A DNA stretch of 64,000 bases from the human T2T-CHM13v2.0 reference genome, Homo sapiens. Where the stretch lies: assembly GCF_009914755.1 (NCBI RefSeq), contig NC_060937.1; one strand, written 5' to 3'. Made by a program: the position numbers and the translations under genes. Positions 15,842 to 32,616 of this stretch are shown here, piece by piece. Position 1 is the stretch's first letter. Each line of letters begins with the position of its first letter. The notes under the pieces are model-generated. The model saw only the letters and a program-made list of their open reading frames with translations, searched no databases and was not told the origin of the DNA.

Positions 15842-16077
15842 TATTTGAAGAGATTTATTCTGAGTCAAATATGAGTGATCATGGCCCATGACACAGCCCT
15901 CAGGAGGTCCTAAGAAAAATGTGCCCAAGGTGGTCGGGATGCACCTTGGTTTTATATACTTTAGGGAGACGTGAGACTTCAATCAAATACATTTAAGAAA
16001 TACATTGGTTTGGTCAAGGCGGGACAACTTGAAGCGGGGCTTCTAGCTTACAGGTAGATTTTAAAAGATTTTCTGGT
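15842..16077 (-). mobile_element. MER4-family ERV1 LTR fragment
   Basis: gacacagccctcaggaggtcct...gtgcccaaggtggtcggg; similar to the reverse complement of the LTR at 41501-41969. Confidence 0.8.
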
Positions 16078-16184
16078 GCCAAAATCTGAGTCCCAATAAA
16101 ATGGTTCTGAATCTCAGAATCTTAGGCGAAGATGACATTGGACAGTTCCCGTTTATGAAAATTATTGCAGATCTTGTAAAGAAT

Positions 16185-16345
16185 CTTGCCTGTGAGTCAG
16201 AAAGAAAATGGCCCTGGTTTGGACTCTTCCTCTAATTAGCTCTGTGACTTGGGAAAATCACTTCACCTCTCTTGGTTTATAGACTCATCTGTCGAATCTA
16301 GAAGGATGGATTAGATGGCCTTCCAGAACTGTGCCAGCTATAATG
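16185..16345 (+). mobile_element. MIR (MIR3/MIRc-like)
   Basis: tagctctgtgacttgggaaaatcacttcacctctc...ggattagatg. Confidence 0.65.
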
Positions 16346-16645
16346 TAGTGTCAGATTTTTTAAAAAATGTTTGTAAACTATGAAATTAAAATTATTTTTT
16401 TGAGTTGTAAATCTCTTACAGAGTACTGAGACCTAAAGGAAGAAGATAGGCTAGAAGAGGAATAAAGTATAAATTTCATTCAAAGATGACTGAAAATAAA
16501 CTGATCTATTAAATCAAGCTGTGTGTTAAATAAAGAGGAAAGAAGTACCCATTCTGTGCTAAAAATTACTAGCCATATACTATAAGAAGTGATTGTTATG
16601 GGTAACCAGATTTGCTCTCAACAGCTCTGCAGGATGAGTATTTAA

Positions 16646-17022
<377 letters not shown>

Positions 17023-19192
17023 GTCAGTATCTTTTTTACTTTTTTTTAGCTTCTACTTTATATAGACAGATTAAAGACATCAAGTTATGAGTTACGTGAA
17101 AGAAATCTCATGGTTGGTCATCTCTATAAAACCATTTACTTGGATCTGGTTAGTTCAGTTCGTGAATTCTTTAAACACAATAGATAGAAATAGATTTTCA
17201 AATAGCATTGTCGTTTTTATTATGTAAATCCAGCTCATTCTCTCAGCAAATACAGTGTCCTATCTCTGTGTATTTTATTAATAAAATACAGATTTTTAGA
17301 TGTTCTCCAGCCAATTCTGCAGCCAAATATGGAGAAAAGTAGTATTCCATTCTAATTCCTGAAATAATTACTTCATCTCCTACAGTACCAAATATATTTT
17401 CATAGTTTTCAGTTAATATGCAGAGTTTCAAATGTTGTCATTTGTCTTAAAATAGCTACTTTTCACATTTAGCTATAATACTTGAAAATCATTCAGAACA
17501 CTGACCAGAATAATAATAAATAACTTCTTTCCTGAATACTTTTATGATTTTCTTACTTTTAATTGCTTTGCTAAATTACAGATATAATATCTGATACTTC
17601 TAACCATTTTGAGATTGATTGTTAATGAAAGGGATATAGGGAAAGGAAAACTCATCTGGAAGTTGATCTCTAAAAGGCAGTTATTTAATTATACCAGATA
17701 TATTGTCAGATTTCTGCATTCTCTTCTTTCAGTGATGATAGGCCCCTCAGGATGATCATTAATTTTTGGCTATTGGCTTCTTTCTTTTACATGCAGACTG
17801 AAACTTAAAGATTTAAACAGCAGTGTTAGAATGCAAAACCGAAAGATACTACTGTCTTAGAAGTATTAGGGCAAAGTCACAAAGCTTTCCCAAGCTTCAG
17901 TATTCTTTATATAAAGTGGAAATAATAGTTCTTTTTTTTTTTTTAAGACTACTTTGCAGGATGTCTAAAATGAGAATTATGTTCATGCCAAATTTAAAAA
18001 TCATTGCTAAATAATAGGATTTGACCAAATTATCTTACCATCTTTGTTTCCATTAGGTAAAATTGCAGTAATTGGATCTATAAAGATTTAAAGAATAGAA
18101 CTCAGTCTTCTTATTTACTTTTCTATGTTATTAATAAGGTCAAAGGAAAGCAATATTTTGAGAAAGAAGATTCAAAGATAAAGTAAGGAAGAGAAAAAAT
18201 AGGATTAATTTCCAAAGTAATGCAAATTATTGTGCTCTGATAATTCAGTTGGAATTTAAACTCCCTACTTAGTGAAATAGATGCTTTCTTTTTCATAAGC
18301 AAAACTGAGAGCTAATTTTTTCTCTCTCTAATAGGGCACATACTTCATAGCTGTGTTAATTCAAAAACATTTAAATAACAGGGTGGCAGTACTCAGTAAG
18401 AAACCAGTGTGGCTTTGGCTGTATTTTGTTGCTTCTAAGTCCTTTTCAAATATTATCATTAACTATACTCTTTATGCTATTTAATCTGCTTATCCTAATT
18501 TCCCTATGCTACTCCTTGAACTGGTAGATATACCCACTCAGTAAGAAAGCAAATAAAAATAAAATAGTTTGAGTCTTACTCTGGTGATCTCTCTATCTTG
18601 CATGAAGCTTTCTTTATATGTAAATTGTATTCCTCCCCTATTCCAAACCATTATTTTTTTCTGTCTCTAGATGTAAGGTTCTTAACAGTGCTGGAGATTT
18701 CATCAGATGGGGACAGACAGCTGATGAACATTCTTTGGCTCTTCAACCCCTTTTCTTTATTCTACCAAAACACTTTTCCATGATAAATACCTAGAAACAT
18801 TTAGAAGCCCAAATATTCAAGAAAATTGTCATTATAATGCTTGCTTTTCTGTATGTTTTTACCACATTGTGTCAAGCCATTTGATGAGATGATCTTGCTA
18901 TTATTTGGAAATAGTTTCCTTTTCTAGAATAAAATTCAATTCTAATCTTACCACTATAAATGATGTTTTTCTATTACCAAGGATCAAAAGAGTTTTAACA
19001 GTATCCCTGCCTTTTTCTTTTCTTTTCTTTTCTTTTCCCTTCCCCTTGCCTCCCTCTGTTGTAAAAGTTGACATGTGTGAATTCCAGGGCAGCTTAAGAG
19101 AGATATTATTAAAATAGGGACCATACAATTTTTTTTACTTAAGAAACTTGGAGCCATTTTGAACATGTAAAATCACTACTCTTTGCAAATAG

Positions 19193-19309
19193 GAGGAAGA
19201 AGGCACCTACGATCAAACTCTGGAGTTCCGTAGGGGAGGTGATGGCCAGCCAAGACGATCCACTCGGCCAACCCAACAGTTTTACCAACCACCCCGGGCT
19301 CGGAACTAA
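19193..19309 (+). CDS. TDRD3: TDRD3 last coding exon, coding part (38 aa + TAA): [38 protein letters not shown]; exon 19193-19318
   Basis: Acceptor ctttgcaaatag|GAG at 19192/19193, donor AAG|gtaaac at 19318/19319. Manual translation matches the C-terminus I recognise for Tudor domain-containing protein 3, including the EJC-binding motif ([13 protein letters not shown]). Confidence 0.95.
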   Translation, partial: EEEGTYDQTLEFRRGGDGQPRRSTRPTQQFYQPPRARN

Positions 19310-19395
19310 TAGGAAAAGGTAAACTTAACATTGTGAAGTGGTTTTCATATAAAGAAAGATGAAATTCATGTTAAGCATATAAGTCCAATTAGTGA

Positions 19396-19702
<307 letters not shown>

Positions 19703-20269
19703 TAATGTGGCTACTAGAAAATTTAAAATTACATATGTCTTGTGATATTTCTGCTGGGCAGCACTGTCCTAGAATGTGATATGTCTTTATCTTCCCCAGA
19801 GTTCCTTCCCTGGTTAAAAATTAGTTCTGCCATCCTAAGTGAAGAAATTTTTTTCATCTGTTCTAACCCTCAGCTTCTCATGTAGTAGTAGTCTGCCTAG
19901 AGTGGAAGTCTAATGCTAATTGACTTCTGAATTACTGTAGCCAGCCAATGTAGCACCTTTTTCCTTTTATCACTGGCTTGTTTTGTGTCCCTAATGCAAG
20001 GTCATCAAGTAAACAGTCCTGACCTACTGTCCATAGTGTCACAGAAGAGCTACTTCTTGACTCTAGGTATTTTTCTTACGGCATGGAATAACTGGTTTGT
20101 CATTTAGTGCCCATGTCTGCTTTTAAGCAGAATCAAAAGAATATGTAAGGACTTTGGCAACTTTGTGTTGTATAAGACAGAACTTAACACTTATAAAATA
20201 AGCTCAGTGTGCTTATAATTAAAGCAATTTTAAAGGTGAATGAAAACTGAGAATTCTCTCTTAGCTTTG

Positions 20270-22253
<1,984 letters not shown>

Positions 22254-23984
22254 GTATTTTATTTCTTTTTAATTGCTTCAAACAAAGTTTTAAATTGTGG
22301 CCAAAGATTGTCAATGCCCTCATTGCTGGAAGGCAGCCATTGTTTAATAGTGGACTCAATTTCTTCAGGGCTGTTGAAGGCAGGTAGGATCTAGCAGAGC
22401 TAGAAGTAGAGAGGAGGCAGTGAACATGAATGAGGGTGCAGCCAGATGAGGGGAACTCTTAGTCCCCTTGACCCCTTCTTTAGTTTCTTTCATATATTTT
22501 ATATACTAGGGTTCCATGGGAAATTTCCTTTGAAAAATAATATATTGCTTAAAAGTAAATTGTAAACCATTACCATATGGTAACTGTAGCTTATCCATAT
22601 CAAATAACAACGCACACAGTTCCTAATCAACTTAAACATCACAATTTTGGTGGTTTTCTATGTTCCCTGAGTTAAAACTTCCATCGACAAAATGCTTGCT
22701 TTGGATTGTACTGTTAACAGGAAATATATGATGCAGATATTTTGGATTCCTGACATCAATAAAAAAAAATTGGTGGGGGACAGTGCCATGAGGTATCATT
22801 TTAAAACTCTCACTACAAAATTCACCCTAAAAAATAAGACATGTAATCTTGTTTGAAGAAAATTTTACTTAGTTTTGCATTGTAATTCAAGCATATGTTA
22901 TGAAAGACTATGAAGTAGAATGAAATATCTCTTTGACATACTATCTTTGAATGGGAGGTTCAAAAATAATAGTGTTCTGCTCTTGTTACATAACGGAATA
23001 TATTCTTGAGATAAAAGATATTTGTTTCCTCATTCCTGGTTTGTATTAACTTAAACATCTAAAAAAAGATAAACATTGTAGCCAGCCATTTGACTTCCAG
23101 CAAATATAAGCATGAATTCTAATATATGCTGAAATTTTCTAAGGTTTTGTTATCTGAAATTATCAAGGTAGTGAAAAACACTTAAGGTGCTTTCTATTAT
23201 CACTTTTAAAAAACATAATTTCACAGTCATAGGTTTTCTTTTTATGTTTTGAGTACTTCACTAGGTGATGAATGACACATGGTAGCTGTTCAGTAAGTGT
23301 TTATTAAATCAGTATGTTTTGATAAAGTTTTATATTGTAATTTGCACATTCTTTGATTATCCTAAAACTTTTTTTCAAGGCCCCCACAGATCCCCTTCCC
23401 CCAACCCTCCACACACATATACTTCCTCATTGTGGTGAGAGAACTGGATTCCACTTGAGCCAAATACTAAGGACAGCTTCAGTGACAGAGCAGGAGATAC
23501 CTAGGAATCAGGGCTAGGTGAGAGAAGGTCTTGGGGAGCATGTGGAAAAATAGGCCCAAGTCTGAGAAAAAGTGGTGACAAGTCAGATATGAGACTTTAG
23601 GGGAGATAGAGCCCAAAACTCCAAACTTCTAGTTCCTGGACACTGTCATAACTGTTAAGACAGCTTGGAAATATGAGCAGATATAAAATAGAGAAATTAT
23701 ACACAGTTCTTTAGTCCAACCAAAACTTTGTGCGTTTGGAGAGGTTTCTGACATGAGTGGAGTCCTAGGAACTAGATACTAATTAGTAGGAGCAGCCCTT
23801 AGACATGAAGTTTAAGCTTCACATTCCTGGTGGGGTGGAGTCCTCTGAAGACACTGTATAGGCAGAGGAAAGTTTAAACGAGGGAAGCAGAGTCCACAGC
23901 AAGTGGCTCTCAGTGGCTACAATAGAGAATATGAACCAAAACAATGGGTGTTAGAAATATTTTTCGGTGATGAAAACAGCATGG

Positions 23985-24230
23985 CTTCAAATACATAAGA
24001 GTTTGAATTTGTTGTGTTTGATGCTGTCATGAACTTTTGATTAAGAGAGTGATATGATCAAAATTAAGCTTAGGAAATATTGCAGCTGGATGTAGGATGG
24101 ATTATAGCACCAGGAGGGAAAGAATCTAAGAAGCTATTGCACTGGTCCATTCAAACATTGGTTAGAGTTGCATGTCCTGCTGTGAAAAGAGAGATGGCAG
24201 AGACCTGTGCAGGAAGCCTTTGTAAGACAG
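23985..24230 (-). mobile_element. L2 fragment
   Basis: gagagtgatatgatcaaaatt...aagaagctattgca L2-type motifs. Confidence 0.5.
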
Positions 24231-25280
24231 ATCAGCAGGAAGCTCCTGCTGCCATGGAGGTCAAGGCTCAATGTGTAAAGCAGTTAAATAAACGCTGACT
24301 CACTTGGAACTTCCAGTTTCTTCTTTGTTTGATGAAAGAATGGTATTCCCAGTTTCACGTGTTAGTCAGAAACCTTAAAACCAATAGCTAAGCATAGACT
24401 ACTACATAGGTACTGTAAACTTATTTTCAAAGTCCTGGTTTTTAACACCATTTTTAACTACTAAAAGATGTATTTTTAAATGTTGAAATTTTTTTTGACA
24501 ATCTGGTCCAGCATCAATGTCAGGAAAATGATCACTGTAAAGATAACTGTTACAGAACTCCATGATGCCAGCAGAACAGGCAGCAGGTGAGGATTATAGT
24601 ACCCGACGCTCTGTATTTTCTAAGCAGGAGACTGTTTACTTCCCAAGACTTACGAGCTGTTTGTATGCAGCCGCAGGAACTCCACTAGTCCCTGCCTAAG
24701 CACGCTGTCATGCATGAGGCTAAAATAGGCCTGGAGCATACAAGTCTTCTCTCGCCATTTATCTCAGCTCTTTCTCTTGTCACCACCCAAAGTGGTTTTA
24801 ACTAGAGTGGTGCCTAATAAATGTGGGGAGCAGGCAGGGGGAGGTGACAGACCAAAATAAATCACCTGTGTGGAGCAACTCAATTCAGAGGCGTTCACAG
24901 AAGAACTGGAGGCGGTTAGGATAGGGAAAGACGTGGTTCATTGGCAGACTGCATCTGTTTTCGGTAATCCTCCGTTACAAACAGTTCGGTTAATCCAAAT
25001 TCCTGAAATCAACATGCCAGCAATAAATGGTATAACAGTGGCAGAGATGTACTTTAACAAAGTCTAAAAAAAAAATTTATTTTCAAAAAAATTTTGCTTT
25101 TTTCTTTCATATTGCTTTATAAAGATTGTTTACAAATTAGCAGTATCCAAAATTCTAGTTAAGATCTATTTATACAAACACTTCACATTTACAGATAAGT
25201 TTCAGCAGAAATGTATCTTGACAAAGTATGGAAAAGTTAATTTGAGGCTTCAATTTCATTTTCTTCATTTCTTTTTAAAG

Positions 25281-25546
25281 TAGACTCTTTGTGAAGAAAC
25301 GAGCCAGTGACTGAAACACCCTGGTGGAAACCTGTTGACAGACCTTCCACTTTCTCTTCAGAATAAGTAGCTGTGGTGGATATTATTATTTGAAGAAAGA
25401 AAAAACAGATTTTAGGGTGGAAAAAACAGTCAACTCACACAAAGAATGGAAAAAAATACTGAGTTAAATTAAGCAAATACCTTTTACAAGTGAAAGGAAG
25501 AATTTTTCTTCTGCCGTCAATAAAACCATTGTGCTATTATTGTTTT
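25281..25546 (+). other. TDRD3: TDRD3 non-coding terminal exon (3' UTR); start 25281 or 25284 (tandem acceptor AAG|TAG|), end approximate
   Basis: Pyrimidine tract tttcattttcttcatttctttttaaagtag, non-repetitive body, AATAAA at 25519 and a GU/U-rich downstream element. It supplies the partner for the donor after the stop. Confidence 0.85.
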
Positions 25547-25563
25547 ACTGTGTGTTTTATTTG
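25519..25563 (+). terminator. TDRD3: TDRD3 polyadenylation signal and downstream GU/U-rich element
   Basis: AATAAA 25519-25524, followed ~16-40 nt later by ttgttttactgtgtgttttatttg. Confidence 0.8.
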
Positions 25564-25864
25564 CCTGATGTTATCTTTCTTGTTCATCTGGTATTAACCC
25601 CATACTAATTGCCTTTCTATAGAATAGCAATTTCAGCATACTGAAGCCTCCCCCTACAATTACAGAATAAACTGACACAGCTTGCCGCATTTCTTAAAAA
25701 AACAGCCTGAAGCCAAATAGCAGTTCTTAGTATGGTAATACCTGCTAAATATGATGGCAAAAAGTATTTAAAACTTGAATATGTTGTTTATAACACTCAG
25801 GTAGCTTTTCCAAATGTAATTCAATTTTAAAAAACAGGTATTCCCTTCCTCATAAAAGGTGCAG

Positions 25865-26705
<841 letters not shown>

Positions 26706-26789
26706 CAGTAAACCAATTGTCAGAGCTACAAACTCTTCGTTTAATAGTCTTCCTATAGTCTCAGTCTTGTGGAGCCAGAAGTGAACAAA

Positions 26790-26910
26790 TAAATAGAAGA
26801 AAGAAGGGAGGCAGAGGAGGAAGGAAGAAGAGAAAGAGAAGCCAGAGTGAACAATTAAAAACAGAAGAAGGAAGGAGGAGGAAGGGAGGGAGGAAGAAGA
26901 GAGAGGGAAC
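26790..26910 (+). repeat. GA-rich low-complexity tract
   Basis: Near-pure purine stretch. Confidence 0.8.
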
Positions 26911-27721
26911 ACTGGGCAAAATAATTGATAAAATGTGCTTTGAAGGAGAGGTCCTCAGGCATTCCCTCAGGGCCTATTATGTACATTTTCATTATTAGCC
27001 CACAGATGTTAATAGTTGGGTCTAGCAGTGGTGTTTTGGTTTTTGTTTTTGTCAGGCCTCCCATGCTGTGCATCATAATTAACTAGAAGTGGGTGAGTCT
27101 GGGCAGTGCTATTTTTTTAAAGATCTCCAAATGATTCTAATGTGTGTCTTAGGTTGAGAAACAGAGGAAGCCCATGGCAGTTTTGATGCGTTTGACAGCT
27201 GATAATAAGGGAAGAGGCAGCAGAACTGAAACGGAGTCCTGAGGGTAGTTTAAAATGTGGGCTGTTGGCACTTATTTGTTAGATGGGGACAATAATACCT
27301 AATACAGCATTAAGCCTAAAATGGACACTCAATAAATACTAGTGTTGGTTAGGAGTTATTACTCAACCGTCCTTAAGAACAGTTCCATATGGTAATGTGT
27401 TTATACAAAATGATAGATATCTAGATCATATATATTAAAATGACATATGGATCATATATATTATCTAGATAGCTATAGATTTATAAATCTATAAATTTGA
27501 CCTGAAGACTCAAGAAAAGTTTAAATTGGACAGTAGTGAAGTGGACAGTAAGTGAAGCCAACCCATCTGTTCTGATTGCTGGTGGCAACTGGGCACTAAA
27601 GGGTGAGGAGTTCATTTCTGCCAGAGCAAGATATAGTTGGCTAAATATATCAAAAACTAAGTTTCACTGTGGCTTTCTATTATTAAGGGCAGCTGCAGGC
27701 CTAGATGCGGATGGGGTATGT

Positions 27722-27910
27722 AATAATAAAATAATTGTTAGTATTTGCCAAGGTTTTCCTATGTGCCCAGCACTGTACTAAAACATTTACCAGTCATTAT
27801 TTCTTAAAATCTTCACACAGCTCTGTAAGGTAGGCGTCACTATCTCCATTCTACAACCAAAGTAGCTGATATCCTTCAGAAAGGTTGGTCACTTTGCTCA
27901 CAAAGCAGAA
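27722..27910 (-). mobile_element. MIR
   Basis: ctatgtgcccagcactgtactaaaacattta...cacacagctctgtaaggtagg. Confidence 0.7.
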
Positions 27911-30900
27911 GTGTCCTGTTCACTGAAGAGTATGTAGTTTACTTGACCCTTCAGGCTTAGGCCATAAAGACAACACTCCAGCCTCATGTGATTCTCTATT
28001 TCTATGTAGTTACGTCTCTCTCTCATGCACCTTTCTTTGTAGCTCATAGCTAACATCATGGCTAAGCCCATGCCTAGTTCAGCTGACCGCAAGGAATAAG
28101 CATGGGAATAAAGAAAACATGACCGGCAGTGTCAGAGTTACGCTCCCACGGTGACTGGGCCACAGTGGCCATCAGTCTTGCCAACACAGACCCTTTGACT
28201 AGCTTAGCACACACAGGAAAACAAAATCTAGTTCTGTGTGTGAGTGACTTAGAATGTCAGTGCGTGGCCTAGAGAACCTTTACTAGGCCCTGTCTGTTGT
28301 CCCCTTCTGGGATGGATAGATATATTTTATGCCATTTTTCAAAAGTAAAAAGTGCTAGGATGTCTATCGTTCTTCCCTGTCTCCCATTCCAGTAACACTT
28401 CTAGAGGTAAAATACTGAAGATAAGAATATTCATGAAGACAATAAGTTTACATAAAAAGACAAGGCCACAGATTTAAAAAAAAATGGTTTTATATAAATA
28501 GGAAAGAGAACAGGACTAGCTCAATTTCTTTGTTAATTACAAAAGGGAAACCTTGAGTTTTGTGTCCTAGAGCTTACATATGATGGGAGAGATAAAGTTC
28601 TATTAAGAGAGATAGGTGGGTCTTCTCCTCAGCCACAGGAATAGATTCCTCATATGCAGGACAGGTTTTCCTCCTGGGATAGAGGTGGACTTGGGAGCCT
28701 CTGCTGCTCATTGCCTGATTGATAGCAGTGGGTAGCAGTGCAGCACTGGGAAAAAGGCAGGCTTGTCTGGAACTAAGGCAGTTGCACCTCAAGGTGGGCA
28801 TGGTTTCAGGGTGCAGACTTGGTGGGGTCACCCACAAGAGCTCAATCCTCTAGGCTTCCTTTCTATTGCCACACTGGTTTGTCAGCCAGTGTGGAAGGAG
28901 GGCCTGGTATGTGACTTAAATAGGGTCACAATCCACTGCTTTGGTCAAAGAGGCTGGTGAAAGGGGTATTTGGGCCCCCATTCTAGAAGCAAAGCTGACT
29001 AATGCTTAAGCATTTCAAAATCTGAGAAATGACAGGCTTGATAAAGAGAAGCATTTGTCAGATATCTGTTTTCCTCTCAGCCTTTGAGAACACAGGTATG
29101 AAACACACTAGTAGTACAGTGCCTACTACGAAAAACATGGGATCTTCCTGGGCTAGAGAAACACGAAGAAAAGCTATGGTTGTTACTTGGAGAACAGGGC
29201 CTTAGAGAGATGCTCATTATAAATATCAGATTCTGCTCACAAGAGGATGGAACTGTTTCTCTTGACTGGACCCAGTGGTGCCAGGAACCACTAACAGTAA
29301 TTAAGAAATACCAAAGAAAAGAAGGGCTTTTCGGGAAATACCTGAAAACCGAGAGGAGTCTTTTACATCTCACTCTCCAAGAGAGGACTCCCACTCCTAC
29401 TCAGGATGTGGAAATCTTAATGGTAGAACCTGTTAAGCGATCTCTCCTGAGTTTTAATTCACTGGAGATGGTCTCTGGACAGTAGTGTGGATTTTGCTGG
29501 CATCCTGTGACTCTTTTCTCTATTTCTTGCTAATTTTCCCATCTGCCTTCTTTCTAAGTAACACAGAGTAAACAGAGTCTTTTATGACCATGGGTAGATC
29601 AACAATGTAGGTCAAAAATCTCAAAACACTGCCTGCTGAATTGTCAGGTGCACATTATATAATCCAAGGTAGTGAACATTATGACTTGAGAAAATCATGA
29701 TGACCTGATATTTAGTTTCACATTGGGATAGCCTTACTTGAAGTAATATACTAATTCAATTCAGGGCCCGCTGAGGCTAACCTCGAGAGACAGTTATAAA
29801 AGGCTGTGAGAGGCTAGCTGCCCATTTCGTAAGGCTAGTTCTTTAAAAAATAATAAATTATAGAAGAGCTGTAGTAAGGAAAAATGCCCCCGTGAAAGGG
29901 CAGGCAGAACTTTTAAAAAAACCTGTTTTTATGTCAGCGAGTTTAACAGTGTACAGAAATATTCATAATTATCACAGGCTGTTAAATGCTTTGAGGTTTA
30001 TAGGAAAAGAACAAAATTTAGAGGAATGTGGTGACATTCCAGCTTCAGGTAGCAAGGTCTCACTCTTTCACCACTGAAGAAAGGCAATTTTGTTCAAGTT
30101 CAGGAATTCACAGGACTTCTGCTTATGGTTAGGATAGAGCATCAGGGGATGGATTTACCTTCTTGCCTGAAACAATTGAACGACTAGACAAAATATACAA
30201 GATGTTGGCACTCCAGACATTGGACACCAGGCCAGAAAGTGCAGTGACCCTGGAGAGCTGGGAAGCAGGCTAGATGAGCTCTACAGTTTGTCCAGGTTAC
30301 TGCTTGGCAAAATTTTCAAGGCCATGGTATAGGGGAACCCAGGCAGTGCCTGTCAGTCTCTGAGTAGGAGATGGAGGAGTTTAGGAAAGGCTAGGTAAGT
30401 AGACGTTGCAAGGCAGAATACCAGAGAAATGGTTCATAGACCTAATGTAATACCAAAAACTATAAATCATCTGAGAGAAACAAATTCTTTGTTACCCTGT
30501 GTTAGACAAGAGTTCTTAGATCTAACACCAGTATAATTTAGATGAAGTGCAATTTATAAATTTGTTATTCATAAAAACAAATTTATAAATTGCACTTAAT
30601 CAAAATTAAGAACTTATGCTCCTTGAAGACACTGTTAGGGAAATAAAAAGACAAGCTACAGACATGGAAAAAATATTTGCAAATATTTCCAGATCTGATG
30701 GAGGACTTACAGAATATTTAAAGAATTATTCAAAACTCCATAGGAAAGCATCCTAATTTTTAAAAAATGGGCAAAAGATTCAAATAGTTGGCCAAAGAAG
30801 ATACAAAGAAGGCAAATGAGTACATGAAAATGACATTCAACATCATTATACATTTTAAAAAAGTGTAAATTAAAACCATAATGAATTAACCACTACACAC

Positions 30901-31197
30901 CTATTGTCAAGACCACAATTTAAAGGAGCCATTATACCAAGGGTTGGAGAGAATGTAGGGGAACTTGAAGTCTCATACACTGTTGGTGGGAATGTAACGT
31001 GGTACAAACTGCTTGGAAAATAGTTTGGCAGTTTCTTAAAGAAACATACGCCTAGTATATTACTCAGTCATTCCACTCCTAGTTCTTTACCCATGATAAA
31101 TGAAAGGATATGTTCATACTTAGAATTGTCCACGAGTGTTTATTTGTAATAGCCCCAAACTGGAAACAACCCAACTGTCCATCTTCATGTGAATGGG

Positions 31198-31772
<575 letters not shown>

Positions 31773-32243
31773 GCATGTGAATGCGTAAACATAATGTGGC
31801 ATATTCATAAATGAAATACTAGTCGGCAGTAAAAAGGAATGAACTATTGATACATGCAACACAGGGATGACTCTCAAAATAATTATGCTGAGTAAAAGAA
31901 GGCAGAAACTTCAGGAGGGAGGACATACTGTGTGATTTCATTTATAGAAAACCATAGAAAATGCAGTGTAACCTATAGTGACAGAAACCAGATCAATCAG
32001 TGGTTGTCTAAAGATGGGGAGGTAGGGAGGGATAGGAGAGAGGAATTACCTAGCGGTGTGAAAAGACTTTCTGGGGCATGATACGTTCTTGTCTGGATTG
32101 TGGTGATGGTTTCCCGATTATACCTATGCCAATATTTATCAAGTTGTTCCATCTCTATGTGCACTTTTCTGTATGCTAATTATACCTCAATAAAGCTGCT
32201 TTTTCTTGCTCTTTACTTAACCCATTGAAATAATGTCAAACAT

Positions 32244-32616
<373 letters not shown>

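Noticed and set aside
15842-16077. Possible MER41 interferon-responsive LTR
   Set aside because: Sequence fits the MER4 family and matches the 41501 LTR, not MER41.
24870-25067. 65-aa plus-strand ORF (EQLNSEAF...)
   Set aside because: GTG start, no recognisable homology, downstream of the TDRD3 stop; kept only as part of the unique-block finding.
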